Assembly: GCA_964187785.1 (NCBI GenBank)
Contig: OZ076409.1
Location: 77,006,001 to 77,070,000 of the forward strand
Origin: Amphiscolops sp. MND2022
Taxonomy: Eukaryota
DNA length: 64,000 nucleotides
Direction: 5' to 3'
Of this stretch, positions 37,501 through 50,900 are shown in pieces. The position numbers and the translations under genes were made by a program. The first letter of the stretch is position 1. Each line of letters starts with the position of its first letter. The notes beneath the pieces are model-generated. The model searched no databases and was not told the DNA's origin. It saw only the letters and a list, made by a program, of their open reading frames with translations.

Positions 37501-39602
37501 AGATGCAAGCGCCAGAAGGTTGTCAACGAGATGAACTTGGCACCTGGCACTGAAGTGGCTCATGACGATGGGAAAGGGATGAAGTTCACCAACTGTGAGA
37601 AAACAGCGGCCTCAGATGACTTCGCGACTGACAACCATCTGACGTACCGCCTCACAGACGGGGACGAGCCGATTCAACTCTCGCAATTCATCCGTAAAGT
37701 ATCATTATCACACCCGGTAATGAGTCAGGTTAGCCCCGCTGAGGGGATCGATCTAATTCAGGTCCAGAAAAATAACTGGGTTATTCAAAAAATGATTAGA
37801 TTTTTAGAAGGTACTGAAATTTTGCAACACCCAGTTAGTATGCAAGATCAGTTTTTTCAAAAGTTGCACAAAAATCGAAAACGCCTACAAGTTGTAAACG
37901 GTGTCTTGTACAGACAGTTTTTTGATCACACGGGACTGGAGTCTCACAAGCAGTTAGTTGTTCCTGAAGACTGTATTTTGAAAATAATTAGGACTCTACA
38001 TAACAGCCCGGTACAAGGACACCCTGGTTTAAAGAAAATGTTGTACGAACTTCGCAAAAGATATTACTCTCCTAACTTAGCCTGTAAAGTTCAAAAAGTC
38101 CTTGACGGATGTGAAAACTGCATGAAATCTAAAAGTGTAAAAGAAACGCAACTACGTCCACCGTTACAAAAAATCTACGACCCGTGCGACGGACCAGAAG
38201 ACCTGTTGGAAATAGACATCGTTGGTCCACTCCCGGCGTCGAACGGTTTTACACACATTCTAACAGCTGTTGACGTTTTTTCACGCTACCTGTTCGCCGT
38301 TCCGCTGAAGAGACCTGATACACATTCCGTAGTCAGAGGATTACTGTCGATCTTCACGAAACACGCGTATGAGCCCAAGCACATTCTGACCGACAAGGGC
38401 ACGGCGTTCACGGCTGAACTTCTGTCTGAAATCGCGAAAGCGGCTAATATTCACATCTCCCATGCCACGATAAAGCACGCACAGACAATAGGCATGGTGG
38501 AGAGAACGCACGCGAAACTGAAAAAGATCCTTAAAATTAGTGTAAATGCAGACAGACCACAATGGGACCGCTATGTCGACATAGCAATCATGGCCCATAA
38601 CACAACGTATCATGATTCACTGAAATGTTCACCAACTGAAATTTTCCACGGCAGAACACCATACAACCCACTAGATCTGCAATTCCGAAACGCAAACAAG
38701 CCGGCTGAAACAAAGTGCAAGGACGTGAACGAAATTCTAGACAAAAAGAACTTCATCTTCAGAGACAATCTAGACAACATCATTTCCGCCTATCACAAGT
38801 ACAAAATGTACTATGATAGAAAAGCACGAGCACAGCCACTGAAGGTGAATGAATTTGTGTTCCTACTAGATCCTAAGTACGACTCTCAGAGGAGCAAAGA
38901 AGAATTTAAAACTTTCCATTGGAAAGGACCGTACAAGGTGATGAAAGTACTATCCGATAGCAACTACATCATCCGCAAACTAGGCACACACCAGACTCAG
39001 TGCGTACACAGAATGCGACTGAGGTTGTTCAAACAGGAATTTCCGATTGATGACATCAACGTGTCCAAACATCTCTACCCAGACACTGAAAGGGTTGAAG
39101 ACACGGACATTTTCGACTCGAATATTCCGACGACCGACGAAGTAGATCAGAATGAGAATGACAATCTAGATCAAGACTTAGTCGAAGAAGAGCCTTCAGA
39201 AGAAATAGTTCCACAGGTACAAGAACGACACAGCCCACAAGTAATTCCACCAGAAATAACCACGAGAATAGACTATCAGCAAGTAGAAACTGACCACAAC
39301 AACTTTAGACCACCTACAGTTAGATTTGGAACGCAAGAGGAAATTATTCTACCGCCCCCCGCGATGAAAGTAGGATAAGAGTACCTCTGAGAGACGAACA
39401 ACACGAAAATCAATCACAACAGACCAACACGCAAACTGAAGATGAGGAAAGGATGAGTTCTAGACCGTCTAGAAACAATCAGAGTAGGTACAGGTTACGC
39501 GAGAACCCTACACCGAAAACATATCCTGATTTCCTCATTCATGAGATTACTGCAGCTAGAAACGCACTGAGAAAGACCAACAAAGTAAACGTAACGATTT
39601 AG
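34510..39602 (+). pseudogene. pol: pol of element B, frameshifted
   Basis: LLDTGA, YVDD, CDAS, HPG..CENC, integrase core, WKGPY. Confidence 0.95.
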
Positions 39603-42233
39603 CCACGAAAAACCACATTTCTAAACATACGATGAGTTACGGATGAAAATCCACAAAAACGAGTCAATTACATGCAATTTTAACTTAAAACGAACATGAA
39701 GATGTAAAATAGATGAACAATCACTTAAAACTACATGAAATACGCAAAAAAAACAAAACACGATGTAAAACGGATGAAAAACGACCAAAAAACCAGAAAA
39801 AACAACACATAAAAATTTTGAGATGAAAAAAGGATGAAAACACATGAAAATTGATCTCAGACACACGAGAGATGAAAAAGTGATGAATTTAGTCAAAATT
39901 TCGACCAATCAACATGCAATATTTACTAGCGATGCATTTGAGATGGAAAATGCCATCAGAATGCGAACGCACTCACATTCATGCTATCATAATACTCTAG
40001 CTCGGCTAGAGGATGAAATAGCGATGAACTCGATTCAAATATTCAGAAATTACATGAAATCAATTAATGAGATGAATTTGTGATGGAAACTACCATCAAA
40101 TCGTGACCGAATTTATCGTTAGCCTGACACGATACTCTAGCTTCGCTGGAGGATGTCAAAACGATGAATTTAGTCTAAATGGAAGTTCGAAAATATTAAA
40201 TGACTTACGAAAACCTCCTTGTGATGGGAAACACCATCAACATAACATCACAATAAATCAGCTAATTCCCAAACAACATGTAACTCCACGAAACGATAAA
40301 AAACGGCCGACTTTATTTCGAATCACGCAAATAGAATTATGCTACACAAAAATGAAATGATCAATACATGTAAGGATCAAAGACCTGCCAAATCAATGAC
40401 GTCACGAAAGAAATTGACAACTCCAAACTACATGCAATACAAATGAGCAACACACGGAAACATACATGTACCGTTTAAAAATGAACGAGATAATATATGC
40501 AAATCACACCAAAGCCATTCAAACCGAGACGAATAAAAATGAAACAAACAATCGAAAATACATGAAGCCTACTAACTTACATGCAAAATATAAGAACTGA
40601 CGAAACACCCACAAAACGAATAAAGGAGTGAGCCCCCCCAGTAAACATCAGTTCATAACAAGCAAAATACCCCTATCGAAAAGCCAAAAACATTCCTTCG
40701 TGCTGGCTGGCATTTCTCTGAAAAGAGTGCTGGTTAGTTGAGGCGGGGAGCTCACAACCATATTCGGATGAAGCTTGCTGCGTTGGTTATCCAGCGGCTA
40801 GTGGATTCTCAGTTAGTTTTGTAGGGGTTTTGTGACAACAAAGCCCTGTCCAAATGAACGAAAATAAAAACACCAAATTAAAATACATGAAACTAACACC
40901 GAACATATAACAACATGTCGATAATGGGGCAACCCATTTAAAGGAATACATTATGAAAACACGCGAACATGAAACCACACAATATCACAAAATTTAATAA
41001 CTCGAAACATGCAAAGCCGTAGATGTCAATTACGTTGATTGATCAGAATAAACGTCAAATGGACAAAGCCATTTCGACGTCTGATGACAAACAACCGACA
41101 CGTAAAAATTAACATGAAGACTATATATAGCTCAAAACTGAGAGATTTCATTCATCTGAAAGGAGCGGAGCAGCTCCACTCACCCAGCTCTGGATTGGTA
41201 CCTCAAGAACCTTGCACGCCTACGGGGTACCAATACCATTGCTGAGTGAACATCTCTTCGACTGCCACGCAAGCGGCGGTCACAAGAGTCCGAAAAAATG
41301 ATTCATGCAATAACATTCAAACTATGACAAATCCGAAACGCAACGAAAACGAGTATGACACATGTACACTAAAATTCATGCAATCTCGATAACCTGACAA
41401 ACGATCAACACCATATAACACTAAAATACATGAAGAAAACAATCCGAATCCACCGCAAAATTGATAAAATACCCTCATCCACCATGAAAGACGCAATCCT
41501 CGATTACGTTATAGCAAAATAAACACGAAAAACACGCAAAGTAAATATTTTCCAAAAATACGATGAAAAGAAGATGAACTCCGCAGCAAAATGAGCAAAA
41601 TTTCGAAAAGTCAAAACGTACGATGCAAAAACGATGAATTACAGCAAATAACTCGCCAAAATGATAAAATGAAAACGTAAGATGAAAAAACGATGATCTA
41701 TGTAGGGAAAACCACATGTAACAACATGCACTGATTCATATATAACGAACGATGTAAAAAAGATGAGAAAACAGTTTTCGCGACGTCGCTCGGCCGACTG
41801 AGGAAAACACGATGAGAATGAGATGAGACATCAAAATGAAACACTGATGAATTAGCCACACCTACACGAGATGTAATAATGATGAACACCGTGCAGATGC
41901 TCGATGAGAATTGCGACAACGAAAAAGCGATGCGAAAACACTACCGAAAGTGACCTAATGGCCGAAATTGTTGATTCCTATACATTTCTTATTCTGTAAC
42001 TACTACTAACAACTCAAGAGAAAAAACAAATATCGGGCGCCAAATAGTTAAAACTGTAAATAGACATCGCTACCGATCTTTCCGACGTAGCAGGGATTTT
42101 TTTCTCGATCACCCCCCTTTTCTTTATTCAAACGTTATACTCCAAGTTGGTCGCCCATCAAAATGCTAATACTACATACTCAATAACACAAATAATACAA
42201 AGAGTCAATCAAATGAGTACAAAAATTCAAATG

Positions 42234-45200
42234 TCAATTGCCGATCTCCGGACTCATTGCACGCTCTCCATTCATTTCGTATCCGAGCTGTTCGTACATA
42301 TGACGCCGATAGTCTTCACTCGCGACGATACCAATGTCGTCCCAAAGGAGATCTTCCGTAAACTCCGACAAATCCACGATGCGCCCAATTGCTTCAGAAA
42401 CATCATCCAATAGCGGACCTCCTACACTCTCGTACGCACGTAGTCGATGCGCTTTCAGGTAACTCAGAACTGTAGCACACACACTGCTAGTTACATCGCT
42501 AGACAAATGCCCCACTTGCACACATTTCGTTTCCAGAGGGAACTGCGGACCTTCGCACAAACACAACAGGAACCGCAGAAATCGTACGGTTGCGTCACTG
42601 TTACAAGCCCGTAAGAGGTCAATCTCAGAACCAGCCGTAGCTAGTACATCAGCGCTCATCAGATTGCGATAATTAGTCACAAAACTAGCCATGTTGCGAT
42701 CCATCCGCCTGCGTTCCGCTGATGTAATTCGATTGAGTTCCAAAAGTAATTCAGTGAAACGGCTAGCCTCACTCAAGATGAGTTCTTGTTCTGCCTCTAA
42801 TAGAATAACTGGACAGCAAATACTGAGGTAGAAGGTCACTTCTTCTTTCAGACCCTTAACTGCAAGCACTTCATCCACAACTGTCAGCAAAAAATTTTGA
42901 ACAAGCACAAAATTCTCTTCAAACTGAGCAGGATTTTCGTAGTCGTCCGAGTACACAGCAAACCTTCCACGCAACAGTTCCAATTTAGTACCACTCAACT
43001 CCAAACCAGACACGACTATGCCCAGACAAGCACGCAAATTCGTCACTGGAGGGAGGTTCGACTCGTCAACCACATGAACCAACAGGGCACGTAGGAAGCA
43101 TGCACTCTCATACGCCCAGTGACATCCTCGGACAGAACTGGCACTGAAACTCCACCGATATGCAGACACTACTGAAACAACAAAATAGCAAATGAGATCA
43201 TGCACGCGTTTTTTTTTCCTCTTTTCAAACAACACACCACCCAACCCAACTCCCCCCTCACAAAACTTTTAACTTATTCACCAGGACAAGACTTTACAAA
43301 CAAATAAAAACGCAAAACTTACGAGCCCGGAATACAATACTCAAGGCATGCAGTCGCATCCGTACACTTGCATCGCCACATAATACATAGTCCAGAGGAT
43401 CCACTACTCCCGTTTCATTTGGTGTCCTCAACAATCCACAGATAAATGGCCAGTTCTCATTCAATTCGCAAAGAACGTCAGGCACGTCCCACAATGACAC
43501 TTCGCCCTCTAAGATCGACTACAAAACAAATAGCGCACTACAATAGTTTTTTAACAAAAAGGGCCCCCTGCAAAAAAATAAAACATAACGACTCCACTAC
43601 AAGCATGACTTATTCAATACATAAAATTCTTACTACACCTACCCGCAACAGACTTGGACAAGACAGCAACATGTCATCTTTCACAAAGGGCTTCAACCGA
43701 GACTGCAAATGGTTGAGGATGACATGGACATCAGTGCCCCCCAACACTCGCACACTCGCAGTGACCACCAGTCTGTTTATGTCCGCCAGCCGAATGGGTA
43801 CGAGACTGATTGTCCCAATCCCAGCACTTGAAGTCAGAACACGACTTAGCTGCGGATACAGCTCACAGTTCAAGCCCAAAGGACAAATCTTGACCAGAGC
43901 TCCACAAAGCAGGTTCACGATCCACGAAACTAAGCGTGGTTCCCAGTCCTGGGTATAACTGAACGAGAACAAGATGTACTGCGAGATCCCTTCTGCACTA
44001 CACACACTCACGCGCCCAACGAGTCGGTCTGCCACTATCCCAATAGAGAAACTACTGAAGGTCGACTCACACCACAGGGCAATGAGTCGCCGCATGACAA
44101 AAGGCCACAATCCCAAAATAATCACGCCCTGAAACAGAATATATAATATTGTACATAAACACAAAAACCCGTAAACTCAGGACCATATGTAAACTACAAA
44201 GGCCAAAATACCACACCCCAATAATCTTACTTCACTCGCCCACCATCTCTAGTTACAAAATATAGAAAAATAGTTACCAGAACATCATCTAGTCGACACC
44301 TCCGTCCAAACATGGTCACATGCTGCGCATCAGTAGCCACCATTATCTCCCACAGCCCGCAAACACTCATCAAATCGCAGTCTCGATATAAAGCGTCAAT
44401 CACGAGGCACAGGAACAGTCGCACAGTACGTTCCTGGCTATCCGTCTCGTCCCGCTCCAGATCGTCCCAGACAGGCCTTCCTTCTAGCTCCAACTGAAAG
44501 ACTTCCGCCGGAGTAACATCGGGACACCTCTCCACCACAGGCACGGTCACGCCTTCCAGAAGAGCTGCTTGAATTGCACTATCAGACGTCGACATTAGGG
44601 TTCCATCACGATCGCGCAACGCAAGCCCCCGTCTGAGGCGCACGAGACAGTCGAGACGATGATGCTGTACACCGCGACCATGCTCCATAAACGTCGTGAT
44701 CCCACGACTTGCCACCTTCACATCTCGTTTACACAGCACGCAACGCACATATGATTCTCGAGACTGATGATATTTAGCATAGCCAAGAGCCAGGCCACAA
44801 TAGACGTGGTTGAACCAGCTGCGAGCAATCCGCTTCCGACCTATTTCATTACAAATCGTCATAGACAACGACTAAAATCATCTATCACACATCCGCAAAA
44901 TGGAAAAATGCAAAAATAAAACGGAAAAATCAAAAACGTTCACCCGGAGTGATGAAAACATGATGTAAAATAATATTTTCATTGGAAATATAAGCGAAAA
45001 ACGAAGAAAAAACGGAAAGATGAAAAAGAGATGTAAACTGAAAAGAAAAACGACGAAAATAGCTAAAAGCCGAATGAGAAAATTTAAGGATGTAAAAGAG
45101 ATGGAAAGTTCTAAAAAATGATCAGAAAAGAAAAACGCTATACTCAAGACTTTTGACGAGGAGAAAGTCATGGAAAATGAAAAAACTGCAGAAAATTATA

Positions 45201-46799
45201 TAGAAAAAACAGAAAACGATGGAAAATAGATGGAAAAGAAGAAAAACGTGAAAAACACTGGTGAAAGTGGAAATGAAAAAATAAATGAATAAAAGCTACC
45301 GATCAGATACTTCACAGGGTTAAAGCTGCTTAGGTAACCTGGCAAGCGAGACGCAATGGGCTCGTCGTCGGAGTCCACCTGACTGGGTCCCATGGGAGAC
45401 GTCGCAGCAGACACAGGAACCAGACCGGGAACAGCACCTTCTGGAGCAGGCTCAGCGGACAGAGGATCACCAGCAAGGACATCCTCGACTGCCTCAAGAA
45501 GGGTATCAGTGCTGTCGGTTGATGGCACAACAGACAGCTCAACGTCAGCCTCCACAGTTTCAGGGACGCTAGTAGCTGGCGGAGAGGGAGCAGCCGAAAG
45601 AGGTTCCAGAGGAGGATCATAATCCGTGGAAGTCTCGCCAGTTTCCACAACGGCCTGAACGGACTGGTCAACAACAGCCACGCAGGCATCGACTGCCACA
45701 TCCACAGGAGTGACGACGGCATTGACTCCTGCCTCTACAGTGACGCGAGGAGGGGGAGGAGGACTTAGAATTGCTGACTCGCGGTCCAGAAATCGCTGAA
45801 AGTTCGGCGAAAGTACCGACACTGGAGCACGTGACACTGGGGAGCTGACCGCGCCCAGGTACAAGTCCTGGAGAAACGAGGACATCTCCAGTGGAGGAGG
45901 CCCTCCTTGAGTAGCAGCGTCAACCTGTGATGCACCAAAGTCGCTCGTCCCTATACCCACGGAGTACGTGATAGGGAGAGGCCTTGGGACGTGGATAGGA
46001 GTTGGGCCTGAAAGAAGAAAACAGAAATCAGACGACGACGGGTGATGAAGAAAGTGCGCGTACACCGCGCGAAGAAAGAAAACAAGCAATGAAGTCACAA
46101 AAAAAACTCATCCTCAAAAATGGGATTTGAAGTGAATCAGTCACGAAGGACTGTGAACGTCCATGACACATCCCAAATTCATCTTAAAAAATGAATTTTA
46201 TAGGTAATCGACCGCGAAGGGCACTACATGCAGATGAGATGTTTACATCGGAATTACATCGGAGTGTCCGGACGATACCGTAGTACAAACGGAAATGTGA
46301 AAAGGAGTCAACTCACTATACTGCTGGATGCTATCTCGTAGCATGTCCCGCATGTGGCGATCATACCACTCGAAGGTGATGCTACCAAGGGAAGCATACC
46401 AAGGATAGTGATCTAAACATCAAACGGAAAGAGTCAACATCTGAAGGGACCAGAGATGAGAAATGAAGAGATCGTGGACTGAATTGAAGATCTGGAGGGA
46501 CAGAACTTACACTGCGGAAGATATGGGACGTTGGGAGCCTGACCAAGCGGTTGATCAGGTTGAAACTGAGGTTCAGAAGCTGCTGCTTGAGCTTCGGGAG
46601 CCTCTTGAGGCGGCACGGTCTGCAAAGTAGTCAGCTCAGAGACGACGCCGACAGATTGAACTGAGTCCGCTAAAAAACCAAGACGCGTCTTCAGCACCTA
46701 ATTATTCCCTGACCCGTTTGTGAAAGAAAAGAAAATGGTGCACTTACTTTCTGTAGCTTCAGTCTCTGGAAGAGAATGAACAAAATGGATGTCGGACAT
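42234..46799 (-). CDS. Antisense ~8-exon zinc-finger gene inside element B, apparently intact
   Basis: Exons 46799-46748, 46669-46511, 46412-46317, 46007-~45316 (donor uncertain), 44871-44278, 44128-43643, 43518-43323, 43171-42234. Finger CVLCKRDVKVASRGITTFMEHGRGVQH; homologous to the element A gene. Confidence 0.8.
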
Positions 46800-47943
46800 C
46801 GCTGTAGGTTTGCAAAACAATCTGAAAAGGAACGGAAGAGAGTGAGGAAAGGAACGAAATCGAAGAATCTGAGGACAAGAATTTGATCAGTAATTAAATG
46901 GCTTAATCAACCATGATTGCGAGATACAAATTCGCGGAAAATTTCAAAGAGCGCGAATGCAGCTTGAGTGCTAGGAGAAACCAAATACTTGAAATTCAGA
47001 AGATGGAAAAATCGATGAAAAACTCTCCGATTTCAATGACTGCCTACACTTTTCTTCCTAGTTTAACCAACTTGACAATTTTCTCTGAAAATGAATCACC
47101 CCCCAGAATTTGACTACAAAAGCTTCAAGTATTTGATTTTGATGACAGCTGCCAGTCTCAGATCAATACCGATGAAGTTGAGCGGAAACGCCCAAAGGAA
47201 ATCGTGGCGATTTTCAAACCGACTTGACGAAAGATGATTCAAGGATGAGAATGTTTGTCGATGACCGGTTGGATCTCCTCCAGTTCAGAAAATTCAGTTT
47301 TCAGCCAATCAGATTTAGCAGTAATTGCTATGGCGACAGTTCATCTCTCTCTCATCGCTGAGAAGTCAGACAGCGGAAGTAGCCTCAACGGTTGCTATGG
47401 CAACAATTCATCTCTTTCCTATCGTGAAAACTGATAGTAGAGTAACGGCGCCAGTCGTCTGCTAAATCAATATCGATGTCTCACTGTGTAAACAATTCAT
47501 CGTTCATTCATCCCCGACTTGCTGCCAACTTGTCAATGAAGCTAGTCGAATTGTTTGCTCAGTGTAGGCGTTTTGGAGGGAAACTTTTCTCCGAGAAATC
47601 ATCTTCTACCGAAAATAACCAGTCGAAAACTCCCACCAAAAGCATGACAACCAATAAAATGCAGATCAGCGGACATTCGATGGGCCAAGAACTAGAGTTG
47701 CCGCGTCGAAACAATTTAACCAAAATTACCCAGCATGAAGCCAGATATGACGATTGCCGAAAGTCCTCTCCTCAGAGAAGGTTTACACAGGACAGAACAA
47801 ACGAAGGAAATGTCAATTCAGAACAAACGAAGGATCAATTTTCTCCCTAACCAAACGAAGGAAACAGTCGAAGCCAACGCCGAGACAACCATCCTCTGCA
47901 CATTTGGCCCCTGCACTCTCAGTCCAAATCCCGCCCCGGGGAG

Positions 47944-50900
47944 TGTCATGCCAGCATGATGGAAATATAATCTACTAAATATCTGTAATGTAAATATTAT
48001 GTGTTATGTACTTAGATATGGGAAATATGATGTCATATAATAAGAACCATGGTTGTGAGCAACCCTACGTTACTTATACTTAGTCCCCATTCCCCCATGA
48101 GTTTGAGTTATATATATTTACTTAATACTGAGCGCTCTAGTTCCGGTGTCCGCATAAATGATCTCGCCAAATAGTCTCGAATGTGCTATAATTCATAAAT
48201 ATTGGTTTGTCACGACAGGGGAGAGAAGTGTTCCGGTCAAACTGGACCGAGAGATGTAGAAACGATGAAAGCTGTAACTTCTACTAGCTCCCCGCCTCAG
48301 GACTTGTAGTCGTGACAACACTTTCATGAAGACTTAACGATGAACTCGAATTGATTGATAAATTCATTAGATCCATCAGCGGTTTTAATTTGGAGCTATT
48401 TTGAATGAAGTTCATCGCAATTTCATCTCCAGAATTGCATATGAACAACAATTGGGACGTTAAACAGACTTTACATCACTAATCCATCAGCGGATTTTAT
48501 GTGACCTTATTTTAGTAATTTCATCTTAAATTCATCGTTGTATTTCATGTACAGAAATTTCAATGTGCTTCTCATTTCTTAAAGGACAGTAACCCATCCT
48601 TTATTCATCGTATTCACTAGCGTAGAAGGGAAATAGGGAAATGAGAAAGTACATCCTTAATCCATCCTAAAAAAGAGTGAAAGTGCTGGTTATCTGATTT
48701 GCTTATAAAACCCATCCTTAATTCATCTTGATTTCGTTTGTGCTGAAAATTAACCATTTTAGTGGATGAGTTCATCCTAAACTCATCGCTAAATTGAATT
48801 GCCTTAGTATTCGGTGTTTTAACTGGTGAGTTCATCCTAAACTCATCGCCAATTTGTATTGTTTTGGTATTTGCTGTTTTAACTGACAAGTTCATCTTAA
48901 ACCCATCGCCAAAAATTCACTTGTGCTAGAATTAGCGTTTATCGACTGAATTCATCCCGAATTCATCGTCATTTTAATCTGTGCTGGAAATTGGCAAATT
49001 ATACGTGGAGTTCATCCTTTTATCATCGTCAGTTTAAATTGTGTTGATTTTCGAGCGAGAAAGACCACCATTCATCGCATTTGCATCCAGAGCTAAACTA
49101 GACTTGAAAATCAACAAATATTCTTACAAGTTCATCGCATTTCCATCTTCAATTTTTAAATCATTGGTTTTGGCCACCAAAAAAAGAAGTCACCTTAAGA
49201 CTCTGAAAACAGTTTGATAAACAGAAAACCTCTAAAAACCAAAAACCGAGAAAAAATTTAAAAAGTCGTGCAGTGCCGAAAGACGTGACCCTTCAGTCTC
49301 GAAAAACGCGTTAAATAAACTGAAACCATCAAAGAGCCGAACCAGCGAACCCCTTATGAAAAGAAAAATTCGCAAAAAGCGCACCGGCAAAAAAACAGGT
49401 CTTTCTCGGAATTAATGAGAAATGACAGGACCAAAAAATGAACAATGAAATTATGCTCCGCTAGTTGCACAGTGTCAAAAAACCCTTTGTAAGGTCTCTA
49501 TGCTAGCGAAAAACCATTCTCGATTGAAAATCAAAGTGGAATATTTCTGTACTCACAGTATTCGAGTGATATCACATTGTCACTGTGCCTCTTATTACTA
49601 TTTGTCTTCAGGCTACGTTGCTAAAAATATTTGATAACGAGAGAAATGTAACTTTCAAGAAATGTAACAAACGAAAGGTCATCATGGATAAGGCATTTTC
49701 ATGATGCCATGTAAACAAAACTTTTGTATACACGAACGCGATCTCGCGAACTCATCGCCAATTTGTATTGTTTTGGTATTTGCTGTTTTAACTGACAAGT
49801 TCATCTTAAACCCATCGCCAAAAATTCACTTGTGCTAGAATTAGCGTTTATCGACTGAATTCATCCCGAATTCATCGTCATTTTAATCTGTGCTGGAAAT
49901 TGGCAAATTATACGTGGAGTTCATCCTTTTATCATCGTCAGTTTAAATTGTGTTGATTTTCGAGCGAGAAAGACCACCATTCATCGCATTTGCATCCAGA
50001 GCTAAACTAGACTTGAAAATCAACAAATATTCTTACAAGTTCATCGCATTTCCATCTTCAATTTTTAAATCATTGGTTTTGGCCACCAAAAAAAGAAGTC
50101 ACCTTAAGACTCTGAAAACAGTTTGATAAACAGAAAACCTCTAAAAACCAAAAACCGAGAAAAAATTTAAAAAGTCGTGCAGTGCCGAAAGACGTGACCC
50201 TTCAGTCTCGAAAAACGCGTTAAATAAACTGAAACCATCAAAGAGCCGAACCAGCGAACCCCTTATGAAAAGAAAAATTCGCAAAAAGCGCACCGGCAAA
50301 AAAACAGGTCTTTCTCGGAATTAATGAGAAATGACAGGACCAAAAAATGAACAATGAAATTATGCTCCGCTAGTTGCACAGTGTCAAAAAACCCTTTGTA
50401 AGGTCTCTATGCTAGCGAAAAACCTTTCTCGATTGAAAATCAAAGTGGAATATTTCTGTACTCACAGTATTCGAGTGATATCACATTGTCACTGTGCCTC
50501 TTATTACTATTTGTCTTCAGGCTACGTTGCTAAAAATATTTGATAACGAGAGAAATGTAACTTTCAAGAAATGTAACAAACGAAAGGTCATCATGGATAA
50601 GGCATTTTCATGATGCCATGTAAACAAAACTTTTGTATACACGAACGCGATCTCGCGAACTCATCGCCAATTTGTATTGTTTTGGTATTTGCTGTTTTAA
50701 CTGACAAGTTCATCTTAAACCCATCGCCAAAAATTCACTTGTGCTAGAATTAGCGTTTATCGACTGAATTCATCCCGAATTCATCGTCATTTTAATCTGT
50801 GCTGGAAATTGGCAAATTATACGTGGAGTTCATCCTTTTATCATCGTCAGTTTAAATTGTGTTGATTTTCGAGCGAGAAAGACCACCATTCATCGCATTT

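Noticed and set aside
47476..47978. ORF-X equivalent in element B (…PRGVSCQHDGNIIY)
   Set aside because: The resemblance is explained by the shared PPT/hairpin DNA; no SIM or CxxC, and the ORFs are short.
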